A DNA stretch of 64,000 bases from NCBI RefSeq assembly GCF_036588685.1, contig NC_086379.1, positions 36,270,001-36,334,000 on the forward strand. The letters run 5' to 3'. A program made the translations under genes and the position numbers. Shown one piece after another: positions 1 through 11,400 of the stretch. Origin of the DNA: Mytilus trossulus. Its lineage: Eukaryota. Every line of letters begins with the position of its first letter. Within the stretch, counting starts at the first letter, position 1. The notes under the pieces were generated by a model that did not search any database, had not been told where the DNA came from, and was given only the letters and a program-made list of their open reading frames with translations.

Positions 1-940
1 ACAAAACCGTTCTTATAAAGGATATAACGACGATAAATATATTTTTTAATCTATTATACAAAATTTCTCAAACCTATAAAAATCCAAGTACACGTACGAG
101 TTGCTTAAACTTTTTATATCTTTGTTTAATTTTACATCGCTTATCTGGTCATAGAAAGTTAGCGCAATAGTTAATTAGAAGGCGTCTTGGCTAAAATTCA
201 CACGTAACGAAGCTACATCTTATTGAGACCATGTCCTGCAAATTGTTTATTTTATACTTTTGATAGTTTGGACAAATGTTTTACATTGTAATAAATAAAA
301 TATAAGAATTTGAGTCATATCGGTGAACATGAATTTGGCAGCTAAAGTCACTAAGAAACCTCAAATTAAAAAAAAATAATGCATATGTTTTTTTATAACT
401 CAATGGATAGTTTTCATTATAAAACTTATAAAATTGAGAATGGAAATGGGGAATGTGTCAAAGAGACAACAACCCGACCACAGAAAAAACAACAGCAGAA
501 GGTCACTAACAGGTCTTCAATGTAGCGATTCTCGCACCCGGAGGCGTCCTTCAGCTGGCCCCTAAACAAATATATACTAGTTCAATGATAATTACCGCCA
601 TACTAATTTCCAAATTGTACACAAGAAACTAAAATTAAAAAATACAAGACTAACAAAGGCCAGAGGCTCATGACTTGGGACAGGCGCAAAAATGGGGCGG
701 GGTTAAACATGTTTATGATATCTCAACCCTCCCACTATACCTCTAGCCAACGTAGAAAAGTTAATGCATAACAATACGCACATTTTAAATTCAGTTCAAG
801 AGAAGTCCGAGTCTGATGTCAGAAGATGTAACCAAAGAAAATAAACAAAATGACAATAATACATAACAACAGACTACAAGCAGTTAACTGACATGACAGC
901 TCCAGACTTTAATTAAACTGATTGAAAGATATGATTTCAT

Positions 941-1005
941 CATATGAATATCAGGCACAACCCTTCCCGTTAGGGGTTTAGTATCATATCATCATAACAT
1001 ATATG
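941..1005 (-). promoter_or_regulatory. SECIS-like (type II) hairpin in the retroelement 3' UTR
   Basis: Minus strand CAUAU..AUGA-U-GAUAUGAUACU-AAA-C-CCC uaac GGG-AAGGG-UUGUGCC-UGAU..AUAUG. This gives the AUGA/GA core, an 11-nt helix II, unpaired AAA and an apical mini-stem, about 60 nt after the RT stop. Confidence 0.7.
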
Positions 1006-1064
1006 AGAAGAACATAACCCGTGTCATGCCAACAACTGGTTCTTGAATAAATGTGTTTATATAA

Positions 1065-2259
1065 TTAGTTCCGATGCAAAGACCCTATAAGTGAATCAAT
1101 ATTAACGCCAAAATAAGCAATCTTTAATGACCTGACAACAGTATCGTAACTATATCCCTTCTTGATAAGTCTATTTAAAGGTTTTGTTAGTTTCTGAGGT
1201 GAATGCTGACATGTTTGTGCTTTATAAAGAATATTTCCATTAAAAAAAAGGATGTGAAATACCTGAACGTATAAGAATAGATATAGGAAGATGTGGTGTG
1301 AGTGCCAATGAGACAACTCTCCATCCAAATAACAATTTAAAAATTAAACCATTATAGGTTAAAGTACGGCCTTCAACACGGAGCCTTGGCTCACACCGAA
1401 CAACAAGCTATAAAGGGCCCCAAAATTACTAGTGTAAAACCATTCAAACGGGAAAAAGTCTGCATGTTCAGCTATATTTACGAATGATATCCTTATACCG
1501 ATGATAAAATTTAGTAAAGGTTTGACTAGTTTGTGATATCGAAAACCCTGGTGTAATAATTTTTCAGTAATACATAAATTTATCTCGTTAAAATCTAAAA
1601 CATTGTTACATACACGAACGAATCGTACAAGTTGAGATATATAAACACCGTAAGATGGTGACAATGGAACGTCACCATCTAAAAATGGATAATTAACGAT
1701 AGGAAATGAAAAATCATCTCTTTTATCATAAATTTTAGTATTAAGCTTTCCGTTATTGATATAAATATCAAGATCGAGGAAAGGGCAGTGTTCGTTGTTT
1801 GTGTTAGCTTTATTTAAAGTAAGTTCGACAGGATAAATTTCTTTAGTATGCATACTGAAGTCGTCATTATTGAGAGCCAAAATATCATCCAAATATCTAA
1901 AAGTATTATTAAATTTGTTTATGAGATGTTGTTTCGATGGGTCATTGCTGTATTTTGTCATAAATTGTAACTCATTGCAATACAAAAACAGGTCCGCAAT
2001 AAGTGGTGCACAGTTAGTCCCCATTGGAATTCCGATAACCTGACGATATACGGAATCTCCAAAGCGAACAAAAATGTTATCTAGTAAAAATTCAAGGGCA
2101 TATATAGTTTCAAAGCATGTCCAATTGACATAGTTTTTTGTTTTGTTTATTCCTACCAAAAAAATGACCTAAAAGAGTTTGAACATATATATTCACATTC
2201 TGACTTTTTTACATGCCCATTTAATTAGGTGGGTGATTTTTTTCTTAATGAGAATGTGA
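1065..2259 (-). pseudogene. Penelope-like reverse transcriptase remnant
   Basis: ORF pieces 1359-2159 and 1065-1328 are joined by frameshifts and interrupted by a repeat inserted at about 1278-1455. Confidence 0.85.
1278..1455 (-). mobile_element. Short dispersed repeat (family B variant) inserted into the RT ORF
   Basis: AAGATGTGG..GCCAATGAGACAACTCTCCA..GTACGGCCTTCAAC splits the RT C-terminal coding region. Confidence 0.7.
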
Positions 2260-3245
2260 ATATGTACATATGCTTTTTTCCAGAGACATGCATATACTAT
2301 AATGCATGTATTATAATTATGTCTCTGTTTTTTCTTTAACTTGTTCATTTTTAGAAGAAGTTTACTTTATTTTGATTGCTAACTTCCAGGAAGCAATTCC
2401 CCCGACATATTTTCTATATGCAAAGTGACCTCAATGTGACCCATCTCGTTAAAATCCGGTGATCGCAATACGCATGGATGTCTTTAAAATAAACTAATAT
2501 CTGATTGTACATGTTTAACACGTGCTCAATATATCCATGCCTTTTTGTTGTTTGTTGATAAAAAAAAAAAACCAGTAGAAAAACAGACCAAAACACAAAA
2601 AATGACTATAACCACTGAACCAAAAAAATGCGGTCAAGGTCAGGTGACACCTGCCAGTTGCACATATACTTTACAATCTTCCATAAACAAAAATAACTGG
2701 ACATATTTCTTATGGTATCTGAGATATGGACTTGACCACCCGTTGAAAACTTAGCCTTGTTCACTGATCCATGGAATGAGGTCGAAGTCGAGGTCAAGTA
2801 AACAATATCTGACGAGCATGAGGACCTTGCAAGGTACGCACATACCAAACAGAGTTATCTTACTGCTCATGATAATAGAGAAATTAACATTACAAAATAT
2901 CTTAACTTTTTCTCAAGTAGACTTGTTACCTAACCATGAGAATGAGGTCACGGATACAGCATAGTCAGCTATAAAAGGTCCCGAAATTACAAATGAAAAA
3001 CAATTCAAATGAGGAAACTAACGGCCTGATTTATGTAAAAAAAAAGGGGCAGCCTCCGCGGATCACTATCCCTTTGTCGAGCTTTCTCTAACTAAAGTCG
3101 AAGGCTCGAAAATAACCAGTGGTAAATGAGAGTGATTTTTTTTTTAAATAACAAAAGCATTTACCAAAAAGAAACTCCATTTGAACATGTGCATTACTCA
3201 ATGATTTTAATTTTCAATTTCCAATTGTTCCGTGCTTGATAAAGC

Positions 3246-3278
<33 letters not shown>
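3246..3278. repeat. (TAT)n microsatellite
   Basis: About 11 trinucleotide units. Confidence 0.9.
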
Positions 3279-5280
3279 CGTCAGTTTGCCCAAAAAAATA
3301 CGTTAGTTTTCTCATTTGGATTGTTTCACGTTTGTTATTTCGGGACCTTTTATAGCTGACTATGCTGTATGGACTTTTCTCATTGTTGAAGGCCGTATTG
3401 GGACCCATTGTTGTTACTTTCTGTGTCATTTTATTCTCTTGTGGAGAGTTGTCTCGTTGGCAATCATATGACACCTTCTTTTCTATATTATTGTTAAAAT
3501 ATGACTTTTAAAGATATATGTGATCCTTTTGGTCATGATGTTACAGGACGCATAAAATTGTCAAAGACTAAGAGGTGATTTTAGACAGATAGACGGCCAA
3601 AATACCATATAAACCATTATTGGCGTCTAAAATTAGCTGACATTAGTGTTAAAAATCATCAATATCGGTCTTTTTTATTGTTACAAATCTTGGTGCTAAA
3701 GATGAAAGCTGATGAAAAAAAAACTTATATGTCAGAGAGTCTGAATATAGGATTGACAGAACAGAAACAGAACTGAAAAAAAAGAAATAAAGAATAGCTT
3801 TTAAAAAGGCAAAAAAGGACAGAAAAGCCTAGGAGAATATTGGGGATTTATAAAGATATAAAAGATATAAAAGAATAGAAAGTAATGGGCAAAAATTATT
3901 GAGATAGAGAAAATGGCAAAAAACACAATTAAAGTATACAAAGAGACCCTCATGTCTGAAAATACTGAAATACTTAAAATTGATATCACGTTCGATACCT
4001 TTGTAACTTCTGTAGAAGAAAAGGTTTTAAATAAACATGTTTCAAATTTAAAACAACGTCTGCAAAAAAAAAACCTCTTTGGAATTCCGAGTTGAGTAAG
4101 CTATTTTTCTTTAAGGGTAAATTTGTCTCTGTTGATATATGATTTTTCTACTCTGCATACTTCACTTCTATATAATCCTATCAAATGATTATATTTCAAT
4201 TTTATAATAAAAGTATTATTGAATTTTGGTAAAAAAACCAACTGGTGTACCTTTATCCGTTGTAGTCGTTACAATTTCCTTTTCATTAAAAAAAAAAAAA
4301 AACCCAGTTTTATAAATGCACTAGACTTGAAATGAAATTAGTTTAGCCACTAGTGTTTTAATTCATAATATTCATTTTGGGGATACAAGGGTATACATAT
4401 TTTTTTTCTTGCATGTGTGTAACCAGTGTAACCAATGTAACCATTAGGTTAATGAAGGTTACAAATGAACCAGGATTCGGAATTTCCAAATTTGATGATT
4501 TATGATAGTTTGTATGAGTGTAACCAATGTAACCAGTATGTCAATGGGGTTTACAAAACAAGGTAACTGAATTATGGTGCAACGTGGCATTTTGTGCTTT
4601 ATATGAGAAATATACGTGAACAATATAGGAAAAGGGGACGGCGATGCCGGAGTAATATCACAAAAATACTGAACTCCGAGGACTGAAATTACTAATAATC
4701 CTAACTGAAATGTACATGGAAAAAAACGTTTTTCGTTCGTCATTCGTGATGCCTTGTGCTGTAACACGAATTTTCGTGTAAGTTTGAAATTCGGGTTTTC
4801 GCAATTTTTCTTCTAATCTTAATTAGTACGTTTCATGAAGTTGGTTTATCAGTCTGTAGTAGTGGTCTTTTGATTAACCTTCCGATCAACGGCTACAACG
4901 TTCTGTAACGAGCTTTTTCATTGGCTTCTTCAGTTGCAACAATTTATTTCATTCATTGATTTTAGGTCACTATATCGTCCTAAATTTACTTCACATGTTT
5001 TATTTTTGACAATGACTATCATGTTATACTGATGTTTGATTATTATGATGAAATAAAGGTGTAATTTTGCGAAGAAAATGGAAAAATTCCTTATAAACTT
5101 CGCCCAATACGATTTTGCCTTGCATCATGTTTTGAACAAAATAAACCCAAACGCAAACCCCTGAAAAAATAACATACTGGAAAGAGTTTATTATTTCCAT
5201 TGCATATATTATTGTGAATATAAGTCTTCTATCATATCATATAAACTAGACAATAGAATTTGCCGTGAAGCGAAGACCGA

Positions 5281-5345
5281 ATGGCGCCCAAGTTTGTTAG
5301 TAAATTGTAAGTCACGTGACCAGCGTTTACGAATATGGCGGCTTA
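5281..5345 (+). promoter_or_regulatory. BPTF core promoter motifs
   Basis: Palindromic E-box/CLEAR GTCACGTGAC at 5311-5320 and YY1-type AATATGGCGGC at 5332-5342, 120-150 bp upstream of the ATG. Confidence 0.55.
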
Positions 5346-5464
5346 CGAAAATTTTCAACATGGGTTCCAAACACTTCTTATCCCCCCATTATGATGGTGT
5401 AGTTACTGTAAATTGCGATTGTAGGGTGTATTTTATGGTGTCATAACTTCTAAATTGGTGGAAA

Positions 5465-8400
5465 ATGTCGACAAGGGGCAGGCGAGCAAGAGGCCGACCT
5501 CCAAAAACCCCTTTGTCGTCGAATAGACCAAGAACAAGCATAAATTTCTTGCGCAAACCGAAGGCCCTTCAAAACAAAGATGAATCTAATAACAGTTCAA
5601 GATGTAGTACGCCAATTAGCATTCCAGGGACTCCAACGAGAAAGAATAACAGATTTGGTACTAGAGAATCGACTGGTAGGGGTAGGACCTTTATTTCACG
5701 TGTTGCTTATGATGATGAAGTGGACGAGGCATCCAGATCAAGTATGGTTTCTGAGGATGGTGTTATTGATGACTTTGAAACAAAATCTGATCTTTCAGAT
5801 GATTCTTTTGAAGATTCTGATTCAGACTTTAGTGATAATAGCCTCAGTACAGTTGCAAGCTCTGTTGGAAGGAGGCATTTTTTTATTCGCCGTCCAGTAT
5901 CCCCAGATATTGATGATGAGTCTGAAATTCCACCCCTCATCCTTCCGTCAAGTTCAAATGATTTAACAATTCCTAATGATTATTTGATGCAATGTCTTAG
6001 CATATATGAAGTTTTACGACATTATAGAACTATTTTAAGGTTATCACCATTTTCATTTGAAGATTTCTGTGCAGCTTTACTTAGTGAAGAACTATGTATT
6101 CTACTAACAGAAATTCACATAACCTTGTTGAGATCCTTGATTAGAGAAGAAGACGGCAATAACACAACATTTGGTCCCCAAGATACAAAAGACAGTGTTA
6201 ATATTGCATTATTCCATATTGACACATTTACATGGTCTGAACTCATACGTTCCTTTCTGGAAAGTGACCGACATTCTGCAGATTCAGATTATGAAGAAGC
6301 AATTAAATCCTTAGAAATTCCAGATTATCCATTTGTTCAGCTACCAGAGCGTATGAAAGTACTAAAAATTTTAACCGACTTATTTCTGGGTTCCAATAGT
6401 GTCCGTGAAGAAATCCTAAATGAGGGCAATATACAGTATGATGACCACTGCAGAGCATGTCATAAGTAAGTTTGTAATATTTATGCAGAGAATAACAGTA
6501 GTAGTTTATATAATGCATTGTATCTAGAGGCTGTCACAGAATAGAAGTTCCTTCATAATAAACAGATATATAAATATAAGTTCCTAAAGGAAAAAATATT
6601 CTGGAATATTATTTCCAAAGGAATAAACATGATAAATATTACAGTTTTATATGTTCCTAATGGAATAAATGGTACATAATATTTGTTCCAGCAGGACTAG
6701 ATATTATGACTCTGTTTAATAACAAGGCCATGATAAATAATAGGGTTGTTTGCTCAAACACTATCTACCCAGACAAAAGCTGCCTACTCAAATTCTTTTA
6801 TTGTCCAGGACTCCTGATTTGAAGAAGTTTTTTTTTAGGCATTCATGAAGACTAATAAACATGATAAACATCTGATACTTCAATTTCTTTTTTTGAAAAA
6901 AAAAAGAAAATGCCTACCTACCTACCCACTGTCTCAACCTTTGGGAAGGGTTTGGGCAAACCAAAATATTTTTTAAGTGTGGCCGAAAGTTTCCATTGGA
7001 ACTTCTGTTAGGCGGAAAAATATACGTTGACAGGTGTAGATGAGTTGAAAAAACAAAGATACATGTATATATAAAATGAGAGGAAGAATTTTACATTGGA
7101 AAATAATTTTTTAGATAGAAGAGGGACGAAAGATACCAAAGGGACAGTCAAACTCATAAATCTAAAATAAACTGACAACGCCATGGCTAAAAATGAATAA
7201 TTTTCCATACATGCAATAGAATTACTTTTCCCATACTTTAAATGCTGGGAATGAAAGAGGCAAAAATATGTTGCCGTTTGAAAATATCACCTTCTGTAAT
7301 TTTCTATAAAAACGCAAATTGTTATGAATATGACTTGTATGACAGCTTTTTAAATAAATATTGGACAAAAATTTTAGAAAATACAAACAGTTTGTACAGA
7401 AAAAAATATTTCCTGTATATTACCTTTGTTTACAGTTATAAATATATAAATATTGTGAAAAAGTAAAATGCAGCTTTTGTCATGTATGTAAATTTAGGCC
7501 ACTTAAAAAATGTGTTTGGGTTTTCACTACAAAAACAGGATACTAAAAATGTAGGTAAGATTTACTTTTTTGAGCTAGAGCTATATACATGATACATATA
7601 TGCATAATGTAAATGTATGTCATGTATCACTATGTCAAGTATGTGTGTGATGTTTTTTTTTTAGTTTATTATGTCATGTACCCGGTATGTACATTGTATT
7701 TTGGAAAGTTTTGATTTTGTCAACTTTTCTTCAAGAAATAGTAAAAACATCTCAATGGTTGACAAAACAGGGTAGTTAGCTAGGAAATTCCTTAACACAA
7801 CTATATTTCATTTTGTATTATTTCTTAACTAGTTAATTTATTTATATTTTTAGATTAGGAGATTTATTGTGCTGTGAAACTTGTTCTGCGGTGTACCATT
7901 TGACATGTGTTGAGCCTGCCTTAGAGGAGGTTCCTGATGAAGATTGGGTGTGCTCTATTTGTAAGGCACATAAGGTAAGGCTGGAGGATATTGACTATTG
8001 TGGTCTGGGTAATCACATGCTCAACAACAACAATTTTAATTTGTCAATCAAGATGCTTTAGGAGCAGTACAATTACAGTTTAAGTTAAAGTGAACAAATA
8101 ATTGTGGTGATTTTCTTTCATGAACTATTTGAAATTACAATACATGACAAAATTAAAATTATATATGTATAGGAGAAGGGAGACAACAAACACATGAACA
8201 TGTACTAATGTAATATGTTAGAAATGAGATTTAAGTTTTTAAGTGTGTTTATAAATCTGTTTTTTTGTTGACATCAAACCTTTCTAGTATCTTACTTTAA
8301 AATACATGTGTGTTATATTAGTTTTGTCTTTAAGATTTTTTTGTATATCATGTATAATAATACATTTTTGTAATATGCAAGTTTATTAAACATGTTGAAA

Positions 8401-11400
8401 TTTATGTTCAGGGATCCTAGACTTCCTTCAAACCCTCAGTGAGTGGCAGTGGCCTATATATTGTTCTTTCATTTGAAATTTTAAAATGCAATGTTTATGA
8501 GTTCATCTTAATGTAACAAATTATATTAAAACACTATGCATATTTTTTTGTAATATGCATAATGTGGAACAAGATTTTCTTAAATTCTATGATTTGTAAT
8601 TTTTTTAAAGATACAAGGAGTAACAGATTGTATCTCTGAAGCTGAGAAAAGTGGGATACTCTGTCGACAAGAACCCATTGGATATGATCGTCATCGAAGA
8701 AAATACTGGTTTTTGATAAGGAGAATCATTGTGTAAGTTAGATTTTTTTTTGTTTTAAATACAAACATGAATTAAAATGCATTACCTCATGAGCTCTTGT
8801 ATGTGTGTTTTATATTTTTTAATGCAATATCTCCTAAACTTTTAATTATTGATGCGATTTGCTACATGTAATCTTGGTAGGAATAAAAGAAAGTATAGGT
8901 TAACAATCAATATGACAACAACCCAACTGCACAAAAGCACTGAAAAGAAATGTTGAGGTTTTAACACAGGGTTTTCAATATAAGACAGGTATTCAAACAA
9001 AATAGCAAGCCTATAACTGTACACCTGTACAGAGATGTGAGTAGTTTTAACATGGAATCAAATTTAAAGATCTCCCATCAATACCAATTCCCTAGATGGC
9101 AATCAATGGTTTTAACTTGAACAAGAATTTTTTTTTTTTCAACAAACATGACAAACCGTTAACATTTTTATGATTAACAATAACTCAGGCCTTAGGATAC
9201 AATCTTTTACCTTGGAAGGGTTTACTTAGACATGTAATAACTTGAGGTTTTTCGTTAATTGTGATGGATTATATTATTTTTTTCAGTGAGGGGGACAATG
9301 ATGTTTGGTACTTCAGTACAAAATACCAGATAGATGAACTGTTAGAGGTTTTAGACAAAAACAAGTATGAGAGAGACCTTGTTATGTTTATTAATGAGAT
9401 GAGGGACGAGATGGTCAGACAGATGATGATTACAGAGGAGTTGACCAATGCCAGTAAAGGAACTAGGAAGTCTGCTATTGATATGGAAATAGGTATCTAT
9501 CTTGTGAATAAGTCAATAGTAATATATATGGGCAGGAATTCACTAATGTTACTCCAGTGTGACATTATAAGAATTTTTTTTTTTTACATTATAAGCATCC
9601 AAATTTTTTACAAAGTATTGCTGCATATGACGTCTTTCTTTTTGTAAGAAAAAGGATCTAGAAATTCTGCTATTGATATGGAAATAGGTATAATGTGTAC
9701 ATGGTGTATAATGTCATGAATGTCAACAGTTTAATATATATATTTTCATGAATTTATCTCATTGCATCTCAGTTGATTAATAGCACTATCAACATTCCAT
9801 AAAAGAATTTAAATGATCCGTGTTATTCAGAAATTTTTAGCATGCAGATAAACAAATCGAAAGCAAACAAACTGCACTTTTATTGCTGCTTTTCATCTTC
9901 AGTTGGCAGGTATTGGCTATGTTCATGCAAACCTTTGTAAGGTAAAGAACTGCATTGATAAATTGTTCTTAGGAAGGGAATGGTTAACTACACAAATTAA
10001 ATTGAGAATGGAAATGGGGAACGTGTCAAAGAGACAAAAACCCGACCGTAGAAAAAAACCACAGCAGAAGGTCACCAACAGGTTTTCAATGTAGCGAGAA
10101 ATTCCCGCACCCGGAGGCGTCCTTCAGCTGGCCCCTAAACAAATATATACTAGTTCAGTGATAATGAACGCAATACTAATTTCCAAATTGTACACAAGAA
10201 ACTAAAATTAAAATAATACAAGACTAACAAAGGCCAGAGGCTCCTGACTTGGGACAGGCGCAAAAAATGCGGAGGGGTTAAACATGTTTGTGAGATCTCA
10301 ACCCTCCCCACAAAACCTAATAATAGAAATGGAATCAAATTCACTACAAAATAAGAGAATCCACCTATTAATAAACATAAAATGGGTAAGTTTTATTTTA
10401 GGTCCCATAATTTAAAGTCTACAGAAAGTCTATGTTAACATTGATAATTTTCAATTTTAGCTAACTTAACAAAAGTGCAATCAGAAAGAGTTATTCAGAA
10501 AGAACAAGAGGAAAAGGACAGAAAGGCAAAAGAAGAAGAAGATAAAAGGAAAGCTGAAGAAGAAAGAAAGAAAACTGAGGAGCAAATAGAAAAAGGAAAG
10601 CAAAATCAAGAGGAAAAAGTGGTACATTATGTTTCTACATTTATAGCCTCTTTATAGTTTAATAGTGGATCAGGGTCAAATTATACCTAGCATTTAGATG
10701 AAAAACAATTTTCAGGATCAGGATCAAATTATGCCTTGGTGAAAAATATTTTCAGATATTATTTGGTCTGATAAATTTATTCATTGACATAGTGCAATAC
10801 AAACACCTTTCTATTATCCAAAACTATGACTTAACTTAGACAAATGAAAAGACAAATAAAGCTTATATAAAAAAAATCAACTTCACATTCAAACCAAATG
10901 AAGTGTAAATTAAAGCATAGTTTTAGTCTCTCGTATGAAAAACATGGTGAATCAAGGAAAAAGTTTCCCAGCTTGTTTGTTATGAGGGCAATTACAAAAT
11001 TAATTGTATAGAGGTTTGGAAGGGACTTAAATTAAAAGTTGATGGGTGATTGTTAATGTTATTTCAAGAAAACATTTAAAGGAAACATTTGATTAAAATT
11101 TATGTATGGTGGGGTCAAACAGTTATTCATTGGTATAAGGTTTCAGACATCTTTCTGTAATCCAAAGCTATGAATTAACTAAGATATATTTTGCCTTTGC
11201 TTGTATTGTTTGCTTACAATCACATTGACAATTTCCCCTTCTATTAACCGGGGAGATCCAGGCATTCTATAAAGGGGGGTTCCAACTATATGTCCCCTTT
11301 CAAATGTATTGATCTTTAAAAAAAAAAAGGGGGTGTTCCTACCCCTGAACCCTCCCCCTGGATCGGCAACTGATTATTACAAAGAAATTAAGATTTGATT

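Larger units (their letters stand above)
428..2259 (-). mobile_element. 5'-truncated, decayed Penelope-like retroelement (Naiad-type, RT with no C-terminal endonuclease)
   Basis: RT motifs YRQVIGIPMGTNCAPLIADLFLY, FRYLDDIL, PFLDL and YDKRDDFSFPIVNYPFLDGDVP..YGVYISQLVRF. The ORF ends at 1065 with no GIY-YIG domain. Frameshifts near 2160, 2205 and 1520; about 630-bp 3' UTR. Confidence 0.85.

Noticed and set aside
800-845. Hammerhead in the PLE 3' UTR (CTGATGT..GAAA)
   Set aside because: The core is CUGAUGU rather than CUGANGA, and no convincing stems II/III.
3801-4095. Purine-rich short ORFs upstream of BPTF
   Set aside because: Low complexity, with no recognisable domain or splice structure; possibly a decayed retroelement fragment.
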